Positions 29,948 through 40,793 of a stretch of DNA of 64,000 nt are shown here, piece by piece. Origin of the DNA: a virus (Duplodnaviria > Caudoviricetes); IMG/VR virus record IMGVR_UViG_3300028048_000092, positions 1 to 64,000 of that record. The stretch is one strand, 5' to 3'. The notes under the pieces were generated by a model that searched no databases, had not been told where the DNA came from, and was given only the letters and a program-made list of their open reading frames with translations. How positions within the stretch are numbered: position 1 is the stretch's first letter; every line of letters begins with the position of its first letter. Made by a program: the position numbers and the translations under genes.

Positions 29948-31070
29948 TCCCGCTTTGTACGAGAAGTGCAAGCACACCTTCGGGAGAGTTGAAGTCCTTG
30001 AAGAGAACGAGAAACCCAAGCTTCGCTGCAAGTTCGATAGATGGAGCTTCGACGAAGTAAGGGGCTCCTTCGGGGAGACTTACAGAGTCAACTGCCCGGT
30101 CTGCGGCGACAAAAAGGGGCACTGCTATATCAGCTCCCTTTCGTTTACCAATCCCGTAGTGGCCGGGCAGGTCTTCCCTCCCGCACCTCTTATCGTACAT
30201 TGTTTCAGAAGAAACTGCTTCAAGAACAATCCGGAGGCTGTACAGGAGCTGTCCAATATACTGCAGACAGGGCAGCAGCTTTCATTGGAATGCGCTGAAG
30301 TGGAAGAGACTATCTTCGGAGAAACTCAGCAGGAGAATCTCAGAGGGACTGATATAGATACGCTGCTGAAATGGCAACCGGATTATCATCCTATTGAGAA
30401 AGACGCTCCTGCTGAAGTGCTTGACTATGTTGCTCGGAGAGGTATCAGAGATGTAGACATCAAGGAGCTGAAGATAGGCTGGGGCAAAGTCTGGAACTTC
30501 AAGAAGGAATCCTTTATAGGTACATCCAACTGGCTCCAATTTCCCATCATAGATCAGACAGGTCTCAGAGGTTTTCAAAGCAGGCAGCTCAGAGAAGCTT
30601 CCAATATGAAATACTTCTTCGATGCAAGGACACCCAAGAAGATGTGTCTCTATAACAGGGAAAGAGCTTCGAAGTTTCTTGTCGGAGCTATCGCAGAAGG
30701 TATCATAGATGCTCTCCATATAGGAAGATGCGGAATGGCTTTTTTTGGTTATGAACCTTCCAAGGCGCAGCAGAAGCTTCTTGTGCAAGATGGCTATAAG
30801 ATGCTCCTGTATGTTCCTGACCAGAAGAAGCACTATACTGATGGTGTCTGTGATCTGGATCCACCTGCAATAGCTGATACATATATTCGCAGGTGGAATG
30901 ACGAACAGTTGTTCGAGTGGGGAGCCTATAGGGTAGATGTGCCTAAGGGAGATGCCGGTGAGTGCACCATGACAGAGGTGTGGAGCGCTGCCTTGGAACA
31001 GCTAAGCAATAACAGTAAGGTGCCCGAAGTAGCTTTAGAGTACCTTATAAGAAAGTTGGAGGAAATGTGA
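29940..31070 (+). CDS. DNA primase-like protein (Zn finger plus TOPRIM)
   Basis: NCPVCGD..GHCY...HCFR..C zinc finger, Y...RGI, FPI, AEGIIDAL, DxD-like motif. Confidence 0.75.
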   Translation: MLNPALYEKCKHTFGRVEVLEENEKPKLRCKFDRWSFDEVRGSFGETYRVNCPVCGDKKGHCYISSLSFTNPVVAGQVFPPAPLIVHCFRRNCFKNNPEAVQELSNILQTGQQLSLECAEVEETIFGETQQENLRGTDIDTLLKWQPDYHPIEKDAPAEVLDYVARRGIRDVDIKELKIGWGKVWNFKKESFIGTSNWLQFPIIDQTGLRGFQSRQLREASNMKYFFDARTPKKMCLYNRERASKFLVGAIAEGIIDALHIGRCGMAFFGYEPSKAQQKLLVQDGYKMLLYVPDQKKHYTDGVCDLDPPAIADTYIRRWNDEQLFEWGAYRVDVPKGDAGECTMTEVWSAALEQLSNNSKVPEVALEYLIRKLEEM

Positions 31071-31468
31071 AAAAGAATAAGTGTTACAAAGATAAAGTAC
31101 CCTGTAGGTCCCTCTGTGAGAAATTGCCGAGGGACCTTTTTTCAGACACTGAATATGTGTGGGCTTATGGTAATACTTATAAGCGCACAAAAGACTGGCG
31201 GCCTATTAGCAGAGCTGCTGCAAAAGCTTTTGAAGTAGAGCCCAAAGAGGGATTTGTTCCAGCGCCCACGGTGGATGAGCTGCTGGAAAAGTTTCCTGAG
31301 GATAGCCAGGTACACATCCATAGAGAAGGTTGTGGTACTTGGTGTGTCTGCCTGGGGTTTCCTTTTAGTCAGAACCTTGATCTTCATGTGGTTGGCAGTT
31401 CAGAGAAGCTTCCAGGAGCTTTTTGTTCCTGTTATTTACAATATAGGAAGAAACTATGTACAAAGTAA
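31067..31468 (+). CDS. Paralog family B (VP...LC.KLP...F....W ... PAPT) protein
   Basis: Motif shared with 31704, 32384, 32746, 33781 and 34883. Confidence 0.72.
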   Translation: MKKNKCYKDKVPCRSLCEKLPRDLFSDTEYVWAYGNTYKRTKDWRPISRAAAKAFEVEPKEGFVPAPTVDELLEKFPEDSQVHIHREGCGTWCVCLGFPFSQNLDLHVVGSSEKLPGAFCSCYLQYRKKLCTK

Positions 31469-31722
31469 TTATCGGGAGCACTCTGCTGGTATTATTGGCA
31501 GGGTGCTCTTCTTTTTCAGAGAAGGAGTTGTCTGCAAGACATGCAGGAATCGTGGATGCTTGCTATACAACTATCGAATATGCTCCGCAGGATAAGGTTC
31601 GTATTGAGCAGTATCTTGTGAAGCAGCAGCAGAATAAAGTCCTTACAGTAAGGGAGAGTAATCTTATCAAGCTCTGCCTGAAGAGAACAGAAGGGAGTCC
31701 TAAATGGGAAAAAGAAAAATAA
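31456..31722 (+). CDS. Small lipoprotein
   Basis: Signal peptide with lipobox LAGC. Confidence 0.7.
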   Translation: MYKVIIGSTLLVLLAGCSSFSEKELSARHAGIVDACYTTIEYAPQDKVRIEQYLVKQQQNKVLTVRESNLIKLCLKRTEGSPKWEKEK

Positions 31723-33120
31723 AGTCAACATACGATAAAGTCCCTTGCAGGTCCCTCTGCGAGAAGCTGCCGATGGACCTTTTTTCGGATACGGAGTATG
31801 TGTGGATTAGAGATCCTCTTTGTAAAAAAAGAAAAGGATGGGGTCTAGCTTACAGAGATTTCACTGAAGGCTCTTATGGATGTGAGCCGGAAGAACTGGT
31901 CCCGGCTCCTACTCTGGACGAGTTATTAGATAAATTACCAGAACAGTGGATATTACATATCGGAGATAACCCTGGGAAAATATATTGGGCACATTTATAT
32001 TCAAGAAGTGTTTTTAAAGCGGTCCAAGAGGGTAAGAACTGGCTTACTATGGTTTGTAGATGTTATCTTCAGTATAAAAAGTATTATGAAAAGTATCGTC
32101 AATATGAGACAGAAGGGAGTCCTAAATGGAAGAAGTAAAATATATTGTTATTTTTGAACCTTATGGTGACATGTGGCAATATTACGGACCTTTTGATACT
32201 GAGGAAGGCGCACGAAAATCTATTATGGATAAGGCTAATGAATTTTGTCTAGGCCTTAAGCACGGAACAGTTGAAGTCGTTTCAGACAACAATCCGTTTC
32301 AAGTTGAAGTGCTTGATGAGGATGAAGAGGAGGCTCATCAGTGGCATATAGAAGTTTTGCTTCCTGTAGACAAGGAGTCCTAAATGGGTTCTATATCTGA
32401 CCTTGTTCCTAACAGAACTCTCTGCAGGAAGCTTCCAAAGAAGGACTTCAAGAACAGCACCTTTGTTTGGTTCCGTATAAATGGGGATATCTTTAAAGAT
32501 CCATACTGGGTATTGGAGACAAGAGAGAGGTTGAATTCTCTTCAAGTAAAATTGGAGTATGAAATCTGGTTTCCAGCACCTTCTGCAGAAGACTTTTGGG
32601 AGAAATTGCCTGAGGGAACTTATGTTTTTATTGATAAGAGTAAGAGGCCATATACTGCGGCATATACAGACGTGATTGCTACAGGTAAAACTTGTGCTGA
32701 AGCACTAGCAAAGCTTTATATTAAACTTAAGAAGGAGAAGATGCTATGAGACTGCGTGATATCGTACCGTCAGTGGAGCTTTGTCAGAAGCTTCCGGAAG
32801 GAGTTTTTACAGACAGTGCATTTTACTGGTGTAAACCGAATACCAGTGAATGGTGTGTTATTCATAATCCTGGAAAGGAATATATTGAACACGCAGGAAA
32901 GAATTGCTGTCCTGCGCCGACTGTAGAAGAGCTTTTAGTTAAGATGGACTGGAGGAATGCAAATACTTTTCGAGTTGAGAAAGATATTGAGGAGTGGTTT
33001 GTTTCTCAAATGAGTACAGCTCAGGTAGGTACAGTTGATGTTGGTGCAAAATCATTTACAGATGCTATTGCAAACGTGTATTTAATCAAGCATAAAGGGA
33101 GATCGGAGGGTACCGATTAA
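31704..33120 (+). CDS. Family B paralogs 31704-32138, 32384-32749 and 32746-33120, plus hypothetical 32126-32383
   Basis: Shared VP..LC.KLP and PAP(T/S) motifs. Confidence 0.72.
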
Positions 33121-33780
33121 TGATCCTTGGGAATATTCACAGGAGGAGTAATGACAACTGAAGAGAAGTATTATTCAGCTAAGATGGCTTTGAAGATGAT
33201 TGCTGCAGTTGAACCGAAGCAGCAATGGGTGGAGCCTCATTACAATAATGGTTACAGCGAGCCGTGCAGTCAATGTACTAAGATGCTTCAAACGGCAAAG
33301 ATTGCTTTGAAGGAACTGGAGGAAAACAATAAGGATGTTTAAACCGGTAACTGATCTTTCAGACGAGGAGTTTCTTACTAACTATCATTCTAATAGACTT
33401 GATAGTGTGGCAGGAGACAGAAAGAATAAATGTTCTTTAGTGCCCCTTGCAGAGCTGATACCTTTGTTAGAGGCCGAGAAAGAGAATCTAGAGAATAAAA
33501 TTCGATTGGTAGAGACCATCTCTATGGCATATCCAGATATTATGCTGGATCCATTTGAGCTGTTACATTCTACAGTGATGCTTGAACGTCCGGCAACAGA
33601 ATGGCTCTCACTTATATTGGAAGAGGCATCCAGGTTCAAGGCTGCTGTTCTGTATAGAGGTTACAAACTAGAAAAGTCTAAGCTGACTAGAAAAGCCAAG
33701 AAGCAGCTGGAGGAGCGTTTTAAGCTGTCTGAAAAGGATGCGAAGACATTCTTGGATGAGATCGAAAGGAAATATGGAGA

Positions 33781-34142
33781 ATGAAACTGGAAGACTTAGT
33801 TCCTTCGTTGGAGTTGTGCAAGCAGATACCTAAGGGGAGTTTGAGTACACGGCGTTAGTGTGGTGGGGGGCATGTGTATATCAAAGATTGTATCCCGACG
33901 GAGTACGCTTTAATACTCTGTGGCATAAAAAAGGTACAACCCCTGCACCGACTTTGCACGAGATACTCGAGGATCTGGCTCAGGATGAGAGGTGTCCGGA
34001 GGTGAAAGCCCTTCTAGTTGCCAACGGGAAGGTTATCTATACTCTTCAGGCAGACGGAAAGGTTAGTCAAGGAACTTCGGTAGATGACGCTATGAAGCTG
34101 TGGCTGAAGTTAAATAAGGAGGAATCTGAAAATGACAAATGA
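33781..34142 (+). pseudogene. Family B paralog with a 1-nt frameshift at about 33834-33838
   Basis: MKLEDLVPSLELCKQIPKG in one frame and (EFEYTAL)VWWG...PAPTLHEILEDL in another; one extra G in AAGGGGAG would join them. Confidence 0.6.
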
Positions 34143-34886
34143 GGAGCGGCTTAAGCGCTTGTCAACTGAGCAGCTAGCCAGAGTTCTTTCGCGTCTCACA
34201 CGATATTACGACGGACTGATTGGCTGTACTTTCTGGCAGAGTCCTTTTTCTGGTAGAGACAGATGTGATGCAGCAGATTCTCAAGAGGATTTCATCAAAT
34301 GGCTGAAGGAGGATGCCAAATGACAAATAAAGAGAAATTACAAACAGCCGCTGAAGACGAGCTTGCAGAGATGCTTGTAAGAATTACCGAGTATATTGAT
34401 GACTTCGGGCATACACACTATGCAAGTCCTAATGGATTTTGTCTGTCAGTGGAAGAAGCCAAGGAAGAAATTATTAAGTGGCTAAAGGAGGAAGCAAAGT
34501 GAATACTGAGAAACTTTTATCCTCACATCAAGGTCCCTCGATATACACTGATGAGTGGTACAGGGAACAGGCACAAAGGGCAGAGAAAGCATGGTGTGAA
34601 TATATTGATTATTTGTGGGACTTAGCCGACAAGAAAAAGCCCCTCATTCAGAGGAAACTAGACAGAATAAAAGAAATGCAGAGGAGGGTTGTTGTAAATG
34701 ACTAACGAAGATAGAATCCGAAGTATGCCCACGGAGGAGCTTGCTGAAAGACTTATCTGGATGACCAAAAGTCATTCGCAAGGAAGCGACGATATATTTT
34801 GGCATTCACCATCAGGTTTCCTCAGCTGGTTCAAGGAAAAAGCTATTAAGGACTGTATCAAATGGCTTAAGGAGGAAGTAAAATGA
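34132..34886 (+). CDS. Three MTNxExL...(E/D)ELA...IKWLKEE paralogs (34132-34323, 34320-34502, 34698-34886) plus ORF 34499-34705
   Basis: Tandem ~62-aa paralogs. Confidence 0.7.
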
Positions 34887-35305
34887 GTTCTTCTTTGTCG
34901 ATCCTCGCTCTACCTTTGGAGGATTGTAAAAGAATCCCGGAAGGTTACTTTAGTGAGTCAGTATTAGTCTGGACCAAAGTATTTCATCCAAAGGATTTAG
35001 TTGAGCTGCCGCCTGCTGTAGTACCTCGTAAAGATGTTATACTTAGCAGGTTCTTATGTCCAGCGCCTACACTGGAAGAGATTTTAGAGAACTTAAAGTT
35101 ATATAAGTATTTGCCCGCTTGTCTTGCGGATGAGGACGGGAGTTATTTTACAACGGTCAAATGGCCTCCATATGCAGAGGAGCGTATGCATAGATGTGGC
35201 GGTACAGCTGTAGAATCCGCCTGGAATACCTGGTTGGCAATGTATAAACTAAGAGAATCTGAAAAAGAAATGAAAGAAAGGGAGCGTTTGAACAGTGACA
35301 GATAA
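34883..35305 (+). CDS. Family B paralog
   Basis: LP...C..IP...F..SV.VW ... CPAPTLEEIL. Confidence 0.7.
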   Translation: MSSSLSILALPLEDCKRIPEGYFSESVLVWTKVFHPKDLVELPPAVVPRKDVILSRFLCPAPTLEEILENLKLYKYLPACLADEDGSYFTTVKWPPYAEERMHRCGGTAVESAWNTWLAMYKLRESEKEMKERERLNSDR

Positions 35306-36206
35306 ATATAAAGCAGTAGTGTTTACAGGCGGTGGTTACTTCGGGGTAACTATTGCTTCCTTTTTGTCCTTCCTTGGTAAGGACTATGATGTGCCCAATC
35401 ATGTGGACTGCTTAGCAGGTACTTCTATCGGAGGTATCATTGCATGTGCCCTTATGGGAGGATGCTCAACGCAGGACCTTCTCGATGGTTTTATTAAGAA
35501 TGGTGAAAAGATCTTCACCAAGAGATGGCAGAACAGGATCAATCCTTTAAACCTTCCTTTTTATAGCAATAAGGCCTTGAAGGAGACTATTGAGGAGTTT
35601 GTGGGAGAGCAAACCCTGGAGGATGTAAGAAGGGCCTATCCATGCACAGCTATGTTTGTCCCTGCGACGAATATGACAAAGAACCGTCTGAAAGTCTTTG
35701 ATACTGTAGATCCTGCTGATGCTCATTATAAGCTCTCAGATGTAGCGCTCTATACAAGCGCCGCGGAATTCTATTTTCCTGTGTTGGAAGATGAAGGAGA
35801 TGCGATCACAGATGGAGGCATCAGAGAGTGCTGCCCAGTGGTGACTACAGCTTGTGCTATCAAGGACAAAGTCGGTGTGGACTTTAAGGATATTGACATG
35901 TTCGTATTCGGAGTCGGCACATCCATTGATGGTATTGACAAGGGCTGCGGTACTTATGAAGAGATCAAGAAATGGGGAGCTCTTGATTGGGTCAGGAAGT
36001 TTGTAGTTCCCGATGTTACTAACAGTAATATCTCCATGAGTATCTTTTGGGGAGAACATCTTGGGTTCAACAGCTTCACGTTCTTCAATCCAATCCAGAT
36101 TTATGGTGGTATGGATGATGTCTCAGTGACTGATCATATTCTTACAGAGAGTATTATGTACAAGGAGAAGTTCCTGGAAGAGTGGGAGAAGTTCCTTGAG
36201 CGCTGA
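35295..36206 (+). CDS. Patatin-like phospholipase
   Basis: GGGYFG oxyanion loop, GTSIG nucleophile motif, TSAA, DGG. Confidence 0.88.
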   Translation: MTDKYKAVVFTGGGYFGVTIASFLSFLGKDYDVPNHVDCLAGTSIGGIIACALMGGCSTQDLLDGFIKNGEKIFTKRWQNRINPLNLPFYSNKALKETIEEFVGEQTLEDVRRAYPCTAMFVPATNMTKNRLKVFDTVDPADAHYKLSDVALYTSAAEFYFPVLEDEGDAITDGGIRECCPVVTTACAIKDKVGVDFKDIDMFVFGVGTSIDGIDKGCGTYEEIKKWGALDWVRKFVVPDVTNSNISMSIFWGEHLGFNSFTFFNPIQIYGGMDDVSVTDHILTESIMYKEKFLEEWEKFLER

Positions 36207-36648
36207 TAGATTCAAAACCACAATAACCATTGAGTGTTTTCCCAATACTTTTCAGGAGCTTTATAAGAAGTTGAAGGCTGTAAGGGAATTTGTCTTCAGC
36301 CCTTCTGTAAAGCTTTCTGTACATAGTGTGGACAAACAAGATCCCAATGAACTTGGACAGTACTATGTAATACTTGAAGGAGAAAGTGTGAGGTTAAGTC
36401 ATACTGATTTTGATTTAATAGAGCGTTTCTTTGCAAAGCTGCATAGATACTGGTCCATGAGTATAACACAGGATGTGTTTACCGGGGATAAAGCACAGGA
36501 GGCCTTCTTAAGTGTGTGGCCTCCAAAGAAAACATAAGGAGGTTCAAATGAACGAGCGGGATATAGCTGCTATTGAGTTATTTGCAGCTTTTAGGAAGGA
36601 TGCTTATGCAACACTTAAGAAGCAGCCTCAAGAACTGGGAGAAGAAGT

Positions 36649-38425
36649 ATGAGTGAGTTTGAGCTGGGAGAAACAGTCTATGTGCTGTATTCACAAGGTG
36701 TGTGGACGGTTGAGGATCCTGTAACATTTGATTTACTCGAGGTAGAGGGGAGTATCATGTCGTCCAGCTCGGTGTTTCATCCGCAGGTTACTTCAAAAGA
36801 TGCCTGGGTAGAGGCGACTTTTGGCGTTCTACCGATTCGTTGTAGGCATAAAGTCGATAACAGGTGGAGCGAATGGTATGAAAGTTCTTTGTACAGTACT
36901 GTATCTCGTTCTTCTGACTATATGTACAGAACTCTAAAGGAAGTCAACGAAGCTTTTAATAGAAGATGTGAGGAAAGAGAAGAGCAGCAGATAAAAGTGC
37001 TGAAGAACATACAGAAACACCTCGACAAACAAGGAGAATGAGATGGAGGGAACGAAACCGAAATTCAAGTTGGGACAGCTTGTATATGGCAGGATTACAC
37101 CTACTGCCTGGGCGCCTGTCTTTAAGGGCCGTATTCGTGCTGTTATAACTACAAGTAGAGCACATCAGACAGATTACTATACTTATGATATTAAGATCCA
37201 AGCAAGACAGGAGACCCCTGTAGACGCTTGGGTAAAGCCGGATAGGTATAGTGAATATATAAATTTAAGTGCTTCCAGCCTCTTCTCTTCATATGAGGAG
37301 ATATTGTCCACTTGGAATAATCATGCAGGAATCCAAGTTTGTGAAAATAATATTGGTTACCTAGAAGGCGACATATATGATAAGAAGCGCCAGATTAAAG
37401 AGCAGCAGCGAGAGCTTACTGTTATGAAAAATAAGCTTAAGAAGTTGCAGCAGAGACTCAAGAAACTTAAAGAGCTTGAAGGAGGAAAATGAAACTTCAA
37501 ACAAAGTATAATATTGGTTCCACTCTATTCCTGCCGGTGCAGGAATGGGATAACGAGTGGTATGTCAGTTGTGTCAGAGTCGAGAGAATTGAACTCAGAA
37601 TCACATCTACTACTAATATAGAGGAGTATTATGTTGTCAGTCAGGTAAAGTCTGCAAAGATTCCTAAGAAGTTAGGCAGTGCAGTAGTATTTTCGAGAAA
37701 GAAACTGCAAACTGTGCCGGATTTTGTTCTTAGAGATGCTTTGATCCAGGATCTCTGGAAGGCACATGCAAAGGTTATTGCAGCCCGGGAACAGGAAGAG
37801 CGGGAGATCCTGCATAGAAAAATAGACGATACGGTGAAGGCTATTAAGTATTGTCAGGAGGACTATGAAGAACTTCCGGGTAAGATAGAGAAGCTCAAGC
37901 AGCAACTGAAGAGGGAAGAAGCTAAGCTGAAGAAGCTTGTAAAGGAGAAGGAAAATGAACATTAAAACGAAGTTCGGTATCGAAGATATCGTATATTGGT
38001 TCGGCATTTGGAGAGACCAGCCAGCCCTGTACACAGGTACTGTAGTTAGTATTGAGATGGATAGAGAAGAAGAACTTACGTATGAAGTTCTTATTACTCA
38101 TGTAGCTCATCCCAATACAGAATGGCAATGCTGGTACGGCGAAGATTGTGTTAGACATTTCTATGAGAATGAATTGTTTACTTCTGAAGAATCCCTTAAG
38201 AAGAAGGGCGAACGGAGTTTCCTTGAAACAAAGGTAGCAGTAGCTATGAAAACTCTGGATACTCTAGAGACAGCGCTCTTGGAAAACGAGAAGAAATTTG
38301 AGGAGCTTCCGCATGCTATTGATGGTTTGCATAGGGCCATTGAAGCACAAAGAAAGGAGCTTAAAGAACTTAGGGCTAGAATTGCCGAGCTGGATAAGAA
38401 AGCAGCTAAGAAGAAGCGTGAATGA
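36649..38425 (+). CDS. Four tandem paralogs with SH3-like N-terminus and coiled-coil C-terminus (36649-37041, 37043-37492, 37489-37965, 37955-38425)
   Basis: Shared (T)K(F/Y)..G..VY start motif and heptad-rich tails. Confidence 0.65.
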
Positions 38426-38437
38426 AAGGAGAGAAAA

Positions 38438-38833
38438 ATGCTGGATGAAAACGGAAAAATCAAATGTATTTATACCAAAAGAACCCCTGAAACTTTTCCA
38501 CGGTTTCATATAGTTCGTCCTACATGGGAATTTGAATTGAATCATAAAATTTATGATATGTTTGAAAATAAAGAGGGTATCATAATCGAGAATATTTTGG
38601 ATATTCCGACTGATGCACAATGTATTTGTGTTAATGATACCATTAACAAAGTCAGGAAATTTTTGATTCTTTTGTATAAGAAAGACCTTGAATTGTCTGC
38701 CGAAGATTTATGGCAATTTTTTGATGTTAATTCAAATCAATTCCCGGATTTCAAAATCAAACATCAGATTTTTAAAGTGGATGATGATATGGAATCTGCC
38801 GTTCAATTTTTTCTCAAAAAATTGAAATCTTGA
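38438..38833 (+). CDS. Hypothetical protein, noticeably AT-rich relative to its neighbours
   Basis: ORF with AAAGGAG RBS and T/A-ending codons. Confidence 0.6.
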   Translation: MLDENGKIKCIYTKRTPETFPRFHIVRPTWEFELNHKIYDMFENKEGIIIENILDIPTDAQCICVNDTINKVRKFLILLYKKDLELSAEDLWQFFDVNSNQFPDFKIKHQIFKVDDDMESAVQFFLKKLKS

Positions 38834-39114
38834 CTTAACTTTTGAAAAATGTGCTATATTACTTGCGAGGAGGTTTGAAATGGAGGATTGGAACTACTTA
38901 GTTTTCCAAGCTTTTGACTATCCTATACTTATTCGCTATAAATGTGCAGATAGGCACGTTTCGGCGGAGGAGATAGAAGAGGCTATCTGCAATTATTTGG
39001 ATGAGGATTCCGACGCAGAGTATGAACAGGTGGCGAAGGATGTAATGGCCTCTTTTGAGAATGTTACATTTGAGTTCCTGCCTTGTAGAGAAATCAATTA
39101 CTGAGGAGGTTTGA

Positions 39115-39900
39115 ATGTCTTATCTCTTAAAGTTCTCCCTGCCGCCTCTTACACAGGAGCAGGAAAGGGAACTCATAAAGAAGGCCCACGAGGATACCGC
39201 AGAAAGCGACTCTGCTGTAGACACCTTGCTGAGAAGCAACATCAAGCTGCTTTATAAGCTTGCAAGGGAATTCATGCCGTGCAACCTTACACTGGATGAT
39301 CTTGCAGCTGAAGGAGCTACAGGACTTGTATATGCCATAGGCAAGTTCGATCTTAACCAGGATGTGCGCTTCATCACTTATGCCTGCTGGTGGATGCGCC
39401 AGAAGATGCGCATAGCTATTGCCAATCAGGGTTCCACTGTAAGAGTGCCTGCAAAAGCAAATGTCACCAGAGCCAAGATCCTTCACAGCAAAGCAGAGCT
39501 GGAGGAACTTCTGGGACATGAGCCTTCTTTACAGGAACTTTCACATTACCTGGAAATGCCTGAGCTGCAGATAAGGCAGCTTCTGTACAGTCTTGGTTAT
39601 GATGTGCGTGTAGGAACAGCAGACGAAGAAGATGCTGTTGATATCGAAGATATTCTTGGAGATCTTCCAATGGAGGGTTTCCTGGAAGCAACAGATAGAA
39701 AGGAGCAGAAACAAAAACTGGAAAGAGCATGGAGAAGCCTTCCCAAAAGAGACAGATACATCCTGTCCTTAAGGTTCGGCTTTGACAGAGGAACTCCCCG
39801 TACACTTGAGCAGGTTGCCCAGGAAGTAGGGAGATGCAAGGAAAGAGTCAGACAGCTGCAGGATGAAGCGCTGTCGAAGCTCAAACAAAAGATGCAATAA
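39115..39900 (+). CDS. RNA polymerase sigma-70 family factor (RpoD/RpoS-like regions 1.2-4)
   Basis: LT.EQERELI, SNIKL, DL..EG..GL..AI.KFD, RFITYA.WW.RQ, TVRVP, RTLEQVA......KERVRQL. Confidence 0.92.
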   Translation: MSYLLKFSLPPLTQEQERELIKKAHEDTAESDSAVDTLLRSNIKLLYKLAREFMPCNLTLDDLAAEGATGLVYAIGKFDLNQDVRFITYACWWMRQKMRIAIANQGSTVRVPAKANVTRAKILHSKAELEELLGHEPSLQELSHYLEMPELQIRQLLYSLGYDVRVGTADEEDAVDIEDILGDLPMEGFLEATDRKEQKQKLERAWRSLPKRDRYILSLRFGFDRGTPRTLEQVAQEVGRCKERVRQLQDEALSKLKQKMQ

Positions 39901-39943
39901 AATGAAGTGCCCGAAAGGGCCAGGAAAATGAGGAGAAAACGAG

Positions 39944-40411
39944 ATGAGTATGCAAGGAAGAATTATTAACTACACCGAAATCAGCTTTAACTGCGATGAA
40001 GCCACTTTCAAGAAGATCGAAGAAGTCTTCAAGGAGACTCGTCTGGAAAGACTGAACTACTATGATCTTTGCATTGATTACTCAGAAGAGGATCATGCAG
40101 GGATCGTTACTGTTCAGGACAGTGAAGTCGGCAATGACTGGGACATTCAGCTGGAAGACTTTGATGTTTTGCTGATGACCTATGATACACACTTGGAAGG
40201 ATACTATATCGAAGATATTGTATCTGATATTGTCCGTGTGGATATTCTCAGGTCCGTGGAAGCAGAAGGACATACGGAGCTGCAGACGAGATCCAATGGT
40301 CTCATGTGGCTTGCGGACTATACGGCAGAGCAGATCCAGGCTATCCATGAAGCTGCCAAGGAAATGTTTCCTGAGCAGCCTGCGGAAAGGAGCGACAGCT
40401 ATGGAGAATAA
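39944..40411 (+). CDS. Acidic hypothetical protein
   Basis: ORF with GAGGAG RBS. Confidence 0.65.
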   Translation: MSMQGRIINYTEISFNCDEATFKKIEEVFKETRLERLNYYDLCIDYSEEDHAGIVTVQDSEVGNDWDIQLEDFDVLLMTYDTHLEGYYIEDIVSDIVRVDILRSVEAEGHTELQTRSNGLMWLADYTAEQIQAIHEAAKEMFPEQPAERSDSYGE

Positions 40412-40597
40412 TATGTGGATTATCCTTGCGCTCCTGTTGCTGCTCTTTGGAGTGACTTGTTTCTTCCTGGGATTTTCATATGGAAGACCTAATGGATATG
40501 CAGAGGCATGTAAAGATTTCCACTCAGGTTCTTTGCGTATGGAACTGAAAGAATACCCTGGCGGAGAACGCTGCTGGGTTTGGAAGAAGTAACAATA

Positions 40598-40762
40598 AGC
40601 ACTTGATCAGTTAAGACTCTTCATCGTTTCGATGAAATAGTAAAACGCGAGGAAGTCGTTTCTTTTCTCGCAGCAGGTGCCAGAAGCTCAGGATACTGGG
40701 CTGAAACCCCAGTATCCAAGAGCTCGGGCCACTGCTGCGCTAAAGTTGACTGGTCAAGTGCT
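40598..40762 (+). ncRNA. Structured ncRNA family copy 4 (retron msr/msd-shaped)
   Basis: 17-bp stem AGCACTTGATCAGTTAA/TTGACTGGTCAAGTGCT, G40615 in TAAGACTC, TTCATCG-TTT-CGATGAA, ATAG, second hairpin, GC-rich rod, TAAAGTT. Confidence 0.8.
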
Positions 40763-40793
40763 GTTTTAAAATGAAAATATAGGAGGAGTGAAA

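Noticed and set aside
35295-36206. Patatin as a CBASS effector
   Set aside because: No CD-NTase nearby; it is a lone gene among hypotheticals.
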